Shown: positions 35,973 to 49,272 of the stretch, piece after piece
Numbering within the stretch: the stretch's first letter is position 1
How the letters are laid out: each line of letters begins with the position of its first letter
DNA from: Lytechinus pictus
Lineage: Eukaryota
Direction: 5' to 3'
Assembly (NCBI RefSeq): GCF_037042905.1
Contig: NC_087250.1
Span: 20,152,001-20,216,000, forward strand
DNA length: 64,000 nucleotides
The notes under the pieces: generated by a model
What the model saw: only the letters and a program-made list of their open reading frames with translations
Database searches by the model: none
Told to the model about the DNA's origin: nothing
Position numbers and translations under genes: made by a program

Positions 35973-37075
35973 CCAGAACTCATCTTTAAAAAAAGTTGCG
36001 AGCGAGCGAAGTGAGCGAGCAAATTTTTTTTAACCTTTTTAATACAAAAATCCAATTTTGTGATAGATTTTGACATGATATCCAGATAATAAATTTATTT
36101 AATTCTTCTCTCTTTAGATTCCTTTTTTGTCACGGTGGTCTGTACGCGCCACTGTGAAGAGGATTCTTTGCGGCAGTAGCGTGAAGAGTAAAAAACAAAA
36201 CAAAAAAACAACGAGGGGCGCAGTATAGAACATGTGCCAAAAGGCTGCTTTATATATTTATAAAAAATGCTGAAATAAAATCAAATCAAATCCAACACCT
36301 ATAGTGTCCTACTAGGCCCTGCCAGAGGCAAGACTTCCAGATTGCTCTTTCTAGAATTGATTTACATCCTGGATAGAAATAAGCTTGTCTTGTATAAGTG
36401 GTTTGGGGATAAAGGAATCAATCCAGTGGCGTAGCTAGGATTATTTCTCTGGGGAGGGGGGCACCGGGGGGTCCTTGCTTTTTCAGGGGGGGGCACTATT
36501 TTTTTCTCTGTGTGTGTATGTGTCACAAGGGTGTATCAGACTTTCGCCAATAGGGGATGGGGCCCAAAATTATCTTCACCTATATTTTCCCCGATCAGTC
36601 ATTTCTTAGCCTTATTCTTATAAAACAACATCAATATGAAATAATCTCATAGGCCTTATATAAAAAGTGCGAGCGCGAAGCGCAGGCGAATATTTTTTCT
36701 TTCTTTTTTTGAACTTTCATGTATTTATTTTGTCCTGAAAATTTAACATTCTGGGCACTGTTTGTGATCCTGAACAAGATGCGTATGTAACGAGATAATT
36801 ACTGAGAATGCCAAGCATGAACAGAATATTTAACAAGTGTTCTAGCATGATCGAAAAGGGACCTATTAAGGACTGTTTACCCATGAAGACGGTACATATT
36901 TCAATAATGGGGACACGAAGCGCGAGCTAAAAATTCTGACCTAAAAAAATTGTCATTCTAAGCACTTTTTGTAATTATAAATGGGAAAGGTATGTAACTA
37001 AACAATTGATGCAAGCGCAAATTGGGAATTTGAGTGTGGCAAACTGATTCTGTTTGGTTCTGCTTGTGTAGACTG

Positions 37076-38455
37076 GGGCCCGTTTCTCAACACCGTCCTA
37101 AGTCTTCTAACTTCTTAACTAAATTGGAGATAGTGAGCTACTTGTCTACTAACTGTTTCACGAATCCCCCTTTGCCAAGATCGGGGACAACTTGACGAAA
37201 TAGTTATGACATCTCCGAACCTGTCATAACTTCTTTCTTAATGACGTAGTGATATCATGTGGGTAGACTATGACATTCAAATGAACCTCGAAATTCGAAA
37301 ATTATAATATTACGTAATAATTCATAGAAAATGAATTTTATTGCAAACAAGTGGGATAAATCATTCAATAGTAATTGTAATGCACAGAAATTATAACAAG
37401 TGTTGGTAAAAAATCACAAAACCATTCATTTTAAAGTAGTAAAATAATTGAATTGACAAAGATTCTACCACTTCAGGCCATCCATAATTGGACTTGTACT
37501 CGTTGCTTTCAGACCCTTATCAAGATTTTGATAAATTCTCTCTCTAATATATGCATAGAATTTATAAAATTGTGTGTTTTGGTATCTAAAGAGTTGAACA
37601 ATTCATGATGATAATATTTTGATGGTGTTTGGAATCCTAAAAGCCTGTATAATTATCATCATTTTAGGAAGAAAGCCTGCATGGTTTACTTACGTAAACT
37701 ATTCAAATTTTATATCTGGGGGTACCCATCTCAACGTCCACATGTGATTTTTATTTGGTCATGAAATGAATTAGTGATAATTTCATTTCCTCGGCAATTT
37801 AATGCCCATGTCTGCATGTTTGAGTATTTTTTATGCATATTTTGCCTCTGCTATTATTTTGATAGGATGTATTTCCAAATTCATCACAATAATTGTAAGT
37901 TTGGAGGAGCTGTGATGTAGTGGTTCTCACTCTCGCCTTGTAATCAGAGGGACGTGTGTTCGAATCCCACCGCGGTCTGGCGTCCTTTGGCAAGGCGTAA
38001 ATCCACACTTTGCCACTCTCGACCCAGGTGCTAAATTGGTACCCGGTAGGATGTGAAAGTCATTGTAGCTTGTCCAGTACAGTGTGCGCCTCACCGGCGA
38101 CGGACTGGAATACTCCCGAAGGAGTGGAGGATGTGCACACGTTGTGTGCGGGAATGACTGATTGAGTCCGATCACCGGGGTAATAATATATCTGTAAAGC
38201 GCTTAGACACGTCATTCCGATGTATTAAGTGCTATATAAAAGCGGATTATTATTATTATTATTAGGTTTTATCATAATTTTACTTTTTGAAAATTATGCT
38301 ATTTTGTGACTAAGGCTACGTCTCATGTACTTTCCACCAATAGTATACGATATCAATGGATTCTAGTTAATCCTTTTGGGTAAGATTGGAACTAACTCTG
38401 TGTTTGGTAGATAAAGTTATATGACTAACTTGTCCAAGTGTTGAGAAACGGGCCC
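37076..38455. mobile_element. Non-autonomous Harbinger-like element
   Basis: GGGCCCGTTTCTCAACAC TIRs, CTG TSD; contains a SINE. Partial inverted copy at about 51681..52470. Confidence 0.8.
37903..38262 (+). mobile_element. tRNA-derived SINE (family A)
   Basis: Matches 838..1185. Absent from the mirrored position in the right arm (about 51857). Confidence 0.85.
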
Positions 38456-38480
38456 CTGCTGAGTACATGTAGGCCTAGAG

Positions 38481-38830
38481 TTTTTATGCCCCCACAGACG
38501 AAGCCCAGAGGGGGCATTAAGCGTTGCCCCTGTCCGCCCCCCCCCCCACTTGGTTTCCGCGCAATAACTAAAAAAATATTTAATGGATTAAATAAAAAAT
38601 TCGTGTGTAGGTAGATGACCACGAAATACAGGTTAAGTTCGAATTCGGAGTCCGCAGGTCAAAGGTCACATCTCATTATATATGTAAGTCGGTTCAAAGG
38701 TCTAAATTTGTTAATTATATATATATGCATATTGGTTTCTGCATGATATTAAGTTCAATCATATTGAATGGATTTCTGATCGCGTTAAGCGGGGGCATCT
38801 GTGTCCTTTGGACACGTCAAATTTTCTTAA
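38481..38830 (+). mobile_element. HINE/DINE-1-like non-autonomous Helentron (further copies at about 40444..40795 + and 51318..51662 -)
   Basis: T-run start, subTIR ATGCCCCC / GGGGGCAT, 3' hairpin GTGTCCTTTGGACAC, no TSD. Confidence 0.7.
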
Positions 38831-38874
38831 TTATGTGTAATTGATTTTATGACATGTGTTTACATTTGCTGCAG

Positions 38875-39080
38875 ATTCCCATTCAGCCGTTGGACTGAAC
38901 CGGTACTGTAACACAGTATGGATGGTCAATATGAAGCGAGCTTCATTGAATTCCTCCAAGAGCTCTGTACTCCGTTTTGCTCATTTTGAAGATGGTTGCT
39001 TTGACAGGACTGGGCAAGTGACTCGTCTTAGACAGGATGCTTTCCCAACCATATTTGATTTCCTGCCTCGTCTTCAGAAG
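38875..39080 (+). pseudogene. THAP-domain exon, decayed (copy 1)
   Basis: CAG|A TTC CCA (FP), a frameshift, then W.VNMKR...SVLRFAHFEDGCFDRTGQVTRLRQDAFPTIFDF. The THAP LCSxHF Cys is replaced by Arg. Confidence 0.8.
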
Positions 39081-40839
39081 GTAGAGTAGATCTATATCAT
39101 ACATGTGTTCTAAAGAAATATTTTCTCTGTATTATCTACCTTTGGTTTGATAGAACATTGCTTTAAATATTCCATTTTCAGTAGCCAAATAGAGATGAAA
39201 ATTATCCTATTTGGGAGGGTAACCATGGACCTGGGCCTTTACTGTGTATTTACAGTAAACTCTTACTAAATGAACAAATATATTAAAAATTTGGTATACC
39301 CTACATAATAATCCTGGGCTACTTTTAGATTGCATAGCCCGGGGGGGGGGGCTGCTTTTTGGTCCCCCTCTTCAGATCTCCGTCGATCGCAACGAAAACC
39401 AATGCACACGTCACCATCAATGTAATCTGCAAGCATGGAGCTAAGGGTGTATCGCTGATTTTACAGAATTTAAATTTATTTTTAATAAATTAATAATGCT
39501 AATTTATGCCTAAATATAGAATTCTCTGTTTTAAAGGTAAATCTCTAAATAATTCCCCAAATTCTATGATTTCTAAACAAATGTGCTCCTGAAAAAAATG
39601 GTAAATCAAATTTCTAATCTAATGTATTTTATTGGTTTTATAATTCCATACGTATTTCTTAGTTTTGGGGCCTTATGTATTTTATTGGTTTTTTTCAATG
39701 GGATCACTTCGTGGTACTATTCCAATTATAAAAAGCACAGATTTGATTATTTTCAACCAATCAGTGCAAGAATAATGATGCATTTGTCAATTATGACTGA
39801 AAACAGAATTTCCATTGGATTAAATATGTATACAAAATAATATTTTTTAGCAATTTTTGGTCCAACATAAACTCATAAAATGTTGGGTAACTGCGTATCC
39901 GGGCGTCTCAAATTTGGTCTCAAAAGCTCTGTGAGAATTGAACGAAAAAAAAATAATGGTACCTCGTTTCTCATTGTGGACTTATCGTGAAATATGTGGA
40001 TGGGGGGGGGGGCTTATTAAGCCCCCCCCCCCGGGGCTAGATAGGGTTAATATATCATCATTAATATTTTTTTTAAAAAATCATTTTGTTGCAAGTCACT
40101 GGAAAAGGTTTGATTCCTAAATAAATATTATTCTTCATGTATTATCGAATATTTAATTGAAAAATTTAAAGCTATCTTTTTATTCGATGTATTAAGCGCT
40201 ATATAAAAGCGGATTATTATTATTATTAGGTTTTATCATAATTTTACTTTTTGAAAATTATGCTATTTTGTGACTAAGGCTACGTCTCATGTACTTTCCA
40301 CCAATAGTATACGATATCAATGGATTCTAGTTCATCCTTTTGGGTAAGATTGGAACTAACTCTGTGTTTGGTAGATAAAGTTATATGACTAACTTGTCCA
40401 AGTGTTGAGAAACGGGCCCCTGCTGAGTACATGTAGGCCTAGAGTTTTTATGCCCCCACAGACGAAGCCCAGAAAGGGCATTAAGCGTTGCCCCTGTCCG
40501 TCCCCCCCCCCCTTGGGTTTCCGCGCAATAACTCAAAAAATATTTAATGGATTAAAAAAAAATTTTGGTGTGTAGGTAGATGACCACAAAATACAGGCTA
40601 AGTTCGAATTCGGAGTCCGCAGGTCAAAGGTCACATCTCATTATATATGCAAGTCGGTTCAAAGGTCTGAATTTGTTAATTATATATATATGCATATTGG
40701 TTTCTGCATGATATTAAGTTCAATCATATTGAATGGATTTCTGATCGCGTTAAGCGGGGGCATCTGTGTCCTTTGGACACGTCAAATTTTCTTAATTATG
40801 TGTAATTGATTTTATGACATGTGTTTACATTTGCTGCAG

Positions 40840-41045
40840 ATTCCCATTCAGCCGTTGGACTGAACCGGTACTGTAACACAGTATGGATGGTCAATATGAA
40901 GCGAGCTTCATTGAATTCCTCCAAGAGCTCTGTACTCCGTTTTGCTCATTTTGAAGATGGTAGCTTTGACAGGACTGGGCAAGTGACTCGTCTTAGACAG
41001 GATGCTGTCCCAACCATATTTGATTTCCTGCCTCGTCTTCAGAAG
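40840..41045 (+). pseudogene. THAP-domain exon, decayed (copy 2)
   Basis: Tandem duplicate of copy 1; retains the AVPTIF box. Confidence 0.8.
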
Positions 41046-41655
41046 GTAGAGTAGATCTATATCATACATGTGTTCTAAAGAAATATTTTCTCTGTATTAT
41101 CTACCTTTGGTTTGATAGAACATTGCTTTAAATATTCCATTTTCAGTAGCCAAATAGAGATGAAAATTATCCTATTTGGGGGGCTAACCATGGACCTGGG
41201 CCTTTACTGTGTATTTACAGTAAACTCTTACTAAATGAACAAATATATTAAAAATTTGGTATACCCTACATAATAATCCTGGGCTACTTTTAGATTGCAT
41301 AGCCCGAGGGGGGGGGGGAGGCTTTTTGGTCCCCCTCTTCAGATCTCCGTCGATCGCAACGAAAACCAATACACACGTCACCATCAATGTAATCTGCAAG
41401 CATGGAGCTAAGGGTGTATCGCTGATTTTACAGAATTTAAATTTATTTTTAATAAATTAATAATGCTAATTTATGCCTAAATATAGAATTCTCTGCTTTA
41501 AAGGTAAATCTCTAAATAATTCCCCAAATTCTATGATTTCTAAACAAATGTGCTCCTGAAAAAAATGGTAAATCAAATTTCTAATCTTATGTATTTTATT
41601 GGTTCTATAATTCCATATGTATTTCTTAGTTTTGGGGCCTTATGTATTTTATTGG

Positions 41656-43021
41656 TTTTTGTCTCGCCTGCATAGCAGAGGAGGCGCGATAGCTCAGTCG
41701 GTAGAGCGGGGGACTCGTATTCCGGTGACCCGGGTTCGATTCTCACTTGGTGCGCTAGTGCCCTTTGGTAAGGCATTAATCCTCAGTACCAGGTCCTTCG
41801 GAGAGGACCTTAAGCCGTCGGTCCTCTGGTTGCTTGCTTACAAGCATTCATGCTTTCTTAGCAATCAGGTAAAAAATCACCACCAATACCAATACCAGAC
41901 TATAGGCGCCGCTTTTCCGACGGTGGCGGCGGCGTCAACATCAAATCTTAACCCAAGGTTAAGTTTTTGAAATGACATCATAACATGGAAAGTATATGGA
42001 CCTAGTTCATGAAACTTAGGAATAAGGTTAATCAAGTATTAGTGAACATCCTGCTCAAGTTTCAGGTCACGTGACCAAGATCAAAGGTCATTTAGGGTCA
42101 ATGAACTTTGATCAAGTTGGGGGTATTTGTTGAATTACTATCATAACTTTGAAAATTTATGGATATAGTCCATGAAACTTGGACATAAGGTTAATCAAGT
42201 ATTAGTGAACATCCTGCCTGAGTTTCAGGTCACATGACCAAGGTCAAAGGTCATTTAGGGTCAATGAACTTTGGCCAAGTTGGGGGTATTTGTTGAATTA
42301 CCATCATAACTTTGACAATTTATGGATTTAGTTCATGAAACTTGGACATTAGGTTAATCAAGTACCACTGAATATCCTGTGCGAGTTTCAGGTCACATGA
42401 CCATGGTGAATGGTCATTTAAGGTCAATGAACTTTGGCCGTGTTGGGGGTATATGTTAAATTACCATCCTAGCTCTGAAAGTTTATGGATCTAGTTCATA
42501 AAACTTGGACATAAGAGTAATCAAGTATCACTGAACATCCTGTACGAGTTTCAGGTCACATGACCATGGTCAAAGGTCATTAAAGGTCAATGAACTTTGG
42601 CTGTGTTGGGGGTATTTGTTGAATTACCATCCTAACTATGAAAGTTTATGGATCTAGTTCATAAAACTTGGGATATAAGAGTAATCAAGCATCACTGAAC
42701 ATCCCCTGTGAGTTTCAGGTCACAAAACCAAGTCAAAGGTCAGTTAAGGTCAATAAACTTAGGCCATGTTGGGGTAATTGTTGAAGTGCCATCATAACTT
42801 TGAAAGTTTATGGATAGAGTGAATGAAATGTGGACATGGGTGTAGCTGACAGTCTTAAGTCTCCGTTCAAATGTCATTTATGGTCAATGAACGTGGTATT
42901 ATGTCATTATATGAATGATGTTTTTGTGAATGATTATTTTATAGTAGTTTTCAAAGTTAGCACTGCTGCTATATTAAATTGCGTAATGCAGGCGAGACTG
43001 CCAGAGGCGTTCCACTTGTTT
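41656..43021 (+). mobile_element. HINE/Helentron-like element with a 120-bp internal tandem array
   Basis: TTTTTGTCTCGCCTGCA ... TGCAGGCGAGAC subTIR, CTTGTT end, inserted in a T run (empty site at about 39690). Array at about 41970..42840. Confidence 0.75.
41682..41875 (+). mobile_element. tRNA-derived SINE (family C) nested in the HINE
   Basis: TAGCTCAGTCGGTAGAGC A box and GGTTCGATTC B box, followed by a non-tRNA body. Confidence 0.7.
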
Positions 43022-43547
43022 TTCAATGAGATCACTTCGTGGTACTATTCCAATTATAAAAAGCAAAGATTTGATTATTTTCAACCAATCAGTGCAAGAA
43101 TAATGATGCCTTTGTCAATTATGACTGAAAATAGAATTTCCATTGGATTACATATGTATACAAAATAATATTTTTTAGCAATTTTTGGTCCAACATAAAC
43201 TCATAAAATGTTGCGTAACTGCGTATCTAGGCGTCTCAAATTTGGTCTCAAAAGCTCTGCGAGAATTGAACGGGAAAAAAAATGGTACCTCGTTTCTCAT
43301 TGTGGACTTATCGTGAAATATGTGGAAGGGGGGGCTAGATAGGGTTAATATATCATCATGAATATTTTAAAAAAAAAACATTTTTTTGCAAGTCACTGGA
43401 AAAGGTTTGATTCCTAAATAAATATTATTCTTCATGTATTATCGAATATTTAATTGAAAAATTTAAAGCTATCTTTTCATTCTTCTATCTGTTTTTGTTC
43501 AATATTTCTTATATGTTTCTTTTTTTTAATTCATTCATCTCGTACAG

Positions 43548-43775
43548 AATTTACCCAAGCCAAGGAATTCCCCAAAAGAAAGACGTTTTGATTCAGCAAA
43601 CAACCTCCCAGATACTGCAAAGTCTTCAGCACCTTCATTTCTCGAGGACCACTCCTACTCAATATCAGAAAGTCCAAGAGGGGTAAAGTGGAAGATAACA
43701 GCAATAATGGACTATTAAAAACTTGGAGAAGAGGCTGAAACCACACAGCAGAAGTCCCGCCGTGTACATTACTTG
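43548..43775 (+). pseudogene. Downstream exon of the THAP gene: DHSY motif and basic coiled-coil remnant
   Basis: In phase with the THAP exon: NLPKPRNSPKERR...LEDHSYSISESPRGVKWK...*...TTQQKSRR. Confidence 0.7.
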
Positions 43776-45497
43776 CTCTTAAGTTTGGACAAACATGACT
43801 CGCAAAACTTTACAACAAATAATTTACGCTATGTGCATTCTGATTATTTAAAATAGCTCAATGAAAAAGTTTACCACTGGGCATGTAACAAAAGTGCATT
43901 CATTAAATTTGAACGTGTTGCAAAAATGATGTCTTATAGTATATTCATTCTGACTTAGAATGTCAGAAGAGAAAAAAGGTTGTGAAAAGTAGGAATGACA
44001 GCAAGCTGACAGAAGAATAGAACAGGATAGAACAAGGCGATAGTTATGAATGAGCTGTTGGATAGAGACAAAAAGATGAATTAAGAATGGGGGTGATAGA
44101 GAAAGAGAGACGGGTGTTGGGGGAGCCTGTGATCAATGCCTGAGAAAGCGAAGATTACCATAATTTTTTAAAGGATTTGAACAGTCAGGAAGAATCTGGG
44201 TTTTTTTTTCTGTTGGTATTTCTCAAAATACTTGTATGTTTTATGTAACGAAACGGGTATAATCCTTTGGAAGTTTCACTCACACAGAAAATATTAACTA
44301 AACAAAAGAAAAAAAAGCCAAATAATTCACTGATTTTCAATTGTTCAGTAACTCTCATATCCAAAGTGCCTCCCCCCCCATCATTTCAATGTATTGGAGA
44401 GAGAGTATGAACGGGACATGGCTGTCTGCAGAAAAGAAAATACGGGGGGGGGGGCAAAACATTTTTTGGGATATGTGCAAGGGAGAAAAGCGACAGCAGA
44501 AAATTATTTTGCAATATATGCGAGAGAGCGAAATGACAGAAGAAAAATGCAAGGGACAAGAGATTTGGGGAATATGTGAGAGGGAGCGAAGTGACCAAGC
44601 AGAAGAAATGTAGAGGACATAAAATTGTTGGGGTATGTGAGGGAGCAAAGCAACCGATAAAAAAAAACAGGTTAAAATATTTTCGAATATGTGTGAGGAA
44701 GCGACTCGTTCACTCTTGAGCAGTAGGGACTTGTTTAAAAATAGCTTAAGAAATATGCGTTTTCTAAGCATGGTAAACACATATTGTAGGCCTACGGTAG
44801 AATTTAGGTGCTCTAAGAGTTAGATTCTGAATGAGCTGCATTTGCTGGTAAGACATGCGCAGAGGAGCTTTGTCTTTCATCCATTTTCCACACTTTTCTT
44901 TTGATTTCAGTTTCCAGGCAGAAAGGCCCACCCTCCTGTGGATGCCAATGGGGCAGGGGATTATATGCTTAAAATGCCAATTTTTCTGGTTGGAATATCA
45001 AACATTATCCTGAGCTTCGCGCTCATTTTAAAAATTATGTATAAACTATTAATGCTGATAAATACATTTAGATGTGCAGTGCTCTCTTGTAAAGCAGTTT
45101 TGTACTGAAGAGGCTACCCTGGGTAAATAAAACAATAAATGAATAAAGAAATAAATAAAAATGATGTTTCTAATCTCAGACTTTCTTATGCCCCTCGAAA
45201 GCTCACCCGCTCTCTCTTTATCTTTGTTTTCATTATTACAATTCTTTGTTTCTCTTTTGATATCTAAAGTTCCGGTTTTTCCCTTTCTATCGCGCACTAT
45301 TCTAAGCCCCAGCCCCACTGGCTTCCACAGGAGGGGGGGGGGGGGGGCTTCCCCTGAAAACTGAAATCAAACAAAAGAAATGTGAAAAATAAAAATGGAT
45401 AAGAGACACAGATCCTTGCCGCATGTCTTACCAGCCAATACAGTTCATTCAGAATTTGACTCGTAAAACACCTAACTTCTACCGTAGGTCTATAATA

Positions 45498-46912
45498 GGT
45501 TTATTGCCATTTCGTCTACTGCCATTTTGTCCACTCACCAAATGGTATGTCATTTCATCTACCATCAGTTGTTCCTTTTCCACATCTTCCAATTACCATT
45601 TTGTCCAATAGCTAGTTCGTCTAATAACCAATTTGTCTACTTTCATTTGGTCTAATTGCATTTTTGGCCAATTTGTCCAATAGCCACTTTGTCCATTTTC
45701 ATTATGTCTATTACCATTTAGTCCAATAGCCAATTGGTCTAAGGGCAAATGGCCACTGACCACTTAGTCTACTTACATTTTGTCTATGTTCCATTTTGTC
45801 CAACTGCAGTTGATCCACTGTCACTTAGTCTAAACCCATTTCATCTAACAATCATTTGGTCTAATCATCAATGGGTCCAATTGCCATCCCGGTCAATATT
45901 CGTTTCGTCTACAATCAAATAGGAATAGTCTACTACTAGCAGTCCTTCTAGTTTGGTGCCTGTGTATTGCTACCTCAACTCCTGTTGCTCTTGTGATTTG
46001 TTATTAATGTACACCTGTCGTTTGATTAATCTTTTATTAGTGTTTTTTTAAGCTCCATTGTAATACATTTTATGTTTTTATGTAATGTTCTCCCCATCCT
46101 TTCCCACTTTTCTCTCTTTTTTATTTTTTTTGTACCGTCCAAGGCTGTTATCGTTATTATTATAGTACATTTCTTGTTTATTAGTACTATCATTAATTAC
46201 TATTATTACAATTATTATCATTGTTATATGATGAGTGATGATTATCATTTTTAGGTGTGAATTTGTTAAAAAAAAGAAATGAGGGTAAATTCCAAATCAA
46301 AGGACCCTATTTCAATTTTATCATTTTTAACCACTCCAATTCCCCCTTTTGTGTGCGTGATGTGGTAGAGAGAGAGCGGGGGGGGGGGGGGGGGGGTAGG
46401 AGGCTGCATGCTGTACCGCATCATTCCATTCCTGATAGCAGGCCTAGTTATATATTTTTTTATCTTCAGGAATTTCAAGGTATATTTAAGAAGTCATTTC
46501 GTCCCCCCCCCCCCGATGATGCATTATATTTGTATTGGACAACATGGCTATTGGACCAATTGGCTATTAGACTAAATGACTATTGGACGATTTGAGAATT
46601 GGACGAACTGGGCGATTTGGTTGTTAGACAAACTGATTATTGGACCTAATGGGTGGTGGACGAAATGATAGACGAAATGACAATTATCCGGTAGATAATT
46701 TGGATATTGGACCAACTGATATTAGCCAACATGGCTTGGACTAAATGAACATTGGACGAACTGATTAATGGAGATGGCATTAGCCTTAATAGAATTAGAC
46801 TAAATGGGTGGTAAACGAAATTGCTATTGGACGAAATGGCATTTATAGATAAAATGAAGGTAGACCATGTGGTGAGTGGACTGTATGGCAGTAGACGAAT
46901 TGGCAATTTACC
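45498..46912. mobile_element. Fold-back type non-autonomous element (GG..CC termini; MULE- or Merlin-like)
   Basis: GGTTTATTGCCATTTCGTCTACTGCCAT ... ATGGCAGTAGACGAATTGGCAATTTACC, modular subterminal repeats, degenerate 8-bp TSD CTATAATA/TTAAAATA. Confidence 0.7.
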
Positions 46913-48176
46913 TTAAAATATGCGTTTACCATTCTTAGAAAACGCATGTTTCCTAAAACAAGTCCCTACCGCTCGGGAGTGAATGTGTCGCTCCCTCGCA
47001 CATATTCCAAAATATTTTGACTGACCCTGGGTAAATAAAATAAACAATTACAAAAACAAAAATGTTGTTTTTAATCTGAGACTATTTAATGCCCCTCGAA
47101 AGTTCACCTGCTTTCTCACTCTCCCCCTCTCTATCTTTGTTTTTATTCATTTTCATTTTACAATTCTTTCTTTCTCTTTTGATATCTATAAAGTTCAGAT
47201 TCACCCTCTCTAACTTGCACTATTCCAAGCCCCCGCCCCATTGGTATCCACAGGAACGGGGGAGGGGGGGGGGCTTACCCCCTGGAAAATAAAATCAAAC
47301 AAAAGAAAAATGTGAAAATAAAAATGGATAAAGACAAATAATCCTCTGCGCATGTCTAACCAGCCAATACAGTTCATTCAGAATTTAACTCTTACAACAC
47401 CTAAATTCTACCATATTATCAGTTTACCATGATTATAGAAAACGCATATTTCCTATGCCATTTTAAACAAGTCCCTATCGCTCGGGAGTGAACGTGTCGC
47501 GCACCAGCACAAATTCGAAAAATATTTTGATTGACCTGCTTTCTGGTTTTTTTTATCCGATGCTTTGCTCCCTCACACATACCACAATTTTTGTCCCTCT
47601 TTCCTTTTACTTCTGCTTGGTCACTTTGCTCCCTCTCACCGTATTCTCGAAATATTTTGGCCCCTGCATTTGTTCTTCTCGTCACTTTGCTCTCTCACAT
47701 ATATCCCCAGAATAATTTTTCTGCTCGGTCGCTTCGCTTCCTTGAACATATCCTAAAAATGTTTTGCTCCCCCTGCATTTTTTTCTGCAGACAGCCAATC
47801 CATTTCTCATCCAACCTCTCTCTCTCTCCAATACCTTGAAATGAGGGGGGGGGTACTTTTGATATGAGAGTGTCTGAACAATTGAAAATAAGTAAAATAT
47901 AATTTGGCTTTTTTTTGGTTTAGTTAATATTTTCTGAATGAGTGTATCTTACAAAAGGATTATACCCATTTCATTACATACAACATACACATATTTTGAG
48001 AAATACCAACAGAAAAAACATGTACTATTCATTACTGTCCAAATCCTCAAAAAAAAATTATGGTAATGTTCGCTTTCTCAGGCATTCATCAAAGGCTCCC
48101 CCACACCTGTCTCTCTTTCTCTATCACCCTCAATCTCAATTCATCTTTTTGTCTCTATCCAACAGCTCATTAGTAA

Positions 48177-48767
48177 AGGTCAAGTCTACCCAAGAAAATT
48201 GTTGGTTCAGTTAAATTGAGAAAAATCAAACTAGCATAACGCTGAAAATTTCATCAAAATCGGATGTAAACTAAGAAAGTTATGGCATTTTAAATTTTCA
48301 CTTATTTTTCACAAAACAAAAATATTCACAACTCAGTGACATGCAAATGAGACAGTCGATAATGTCCCTCACTCACTGTTTATTTTGTTTTTTATTGTTT
48401 GAATTATACAATATTTCATTTTTACAGATTTTACCATAAGGACTGAACCCAAAAAGTATTGAATAATGCTAATTCCACATGATCAGGGAGGAATAAAATT
48501 TCGTTTAACATGACAAGGAGAAAATTAGAATATACCTTATTCTATATATCAAATGAAATAGTGAGTGGATGACGTCATCAGTCTCCTCATTTGCATACCG
48601 ACTGTGTACAGAATGTGCATATAACTCTTTTGTAAAAATTTAGCAAAATTTTTAAATGTCATAACTTTCTTATTTTACATCCGATTTTTTATCAAATTTT
48701 CAGTGTTATGCTTGTTGGATTTTTCTCTTTTTATTCATATCAACAATTTTTGGGGTGGACTTGTCCT
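48177..48767. mobile_element. Kolobok-like non-autonomous element (right arm only)
   Basis: AGGTCAAGTCTACCC ... GGGTGGACTTGTCCT with long imperfect TIRs. Absent from the mirrored site at about 44040. Confidence 0.65.
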
Positions 48768-49034
48768 TTATCTGTCCCCCTTGCTCTATCCTGTTCTATT
48801 CTTCTGTCATCTTGCCGTTATTCCTACTTTTCACAAACTTTTTTCTCTTCTGACATTCTAAGTCAGGATGAATATACTGTAAGACATCATTTTTGCAACA
48901 CGTTCAAATTTAATGAATTCACTTTTGTTACATGCCCACTGATAAGCTATTTTAAATAATCAGAATGCACATTGGGGTAATTATTTGTTGTAAAGTTTTG
49001 CAAGTTATGTTTGTCCAAACTTAAGAGCAAGTAA

Positions 49035-49272
49035 TGTACACGGCGGGACTTCTCGTGTGTGGTTTTCAGCCTCTTCTCCAAGTTCTTAATACAGTCCATT
49101 ATTGCTGTTAACTTCCACTTTACCCCTCTTGGACTTTCTGATATTGAGTAGGAGTGGTCCTTGAGAAATAAAGGTGCTGAAGACTTTGGTACAGGTGTCT
49201 TTGCAGTATCTGGGAGGTTGTTTGCTGAATCAAAACATCTTTCTTTCGGGGAATTCCTTGGTTTGGTGAATT
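49035..49272 (-). pseudogene. Mirror copy of the DHSY exon
   Basis: Reverse complement of 43548..43775 with indels. Confidence 0.7.

Noticed and set aside
41682..41755. Possible tRNA gene
   Set aside because: The A and B boxes are present, but the acceptor stem is poor and a SINE body follows; treated as a SINE head.
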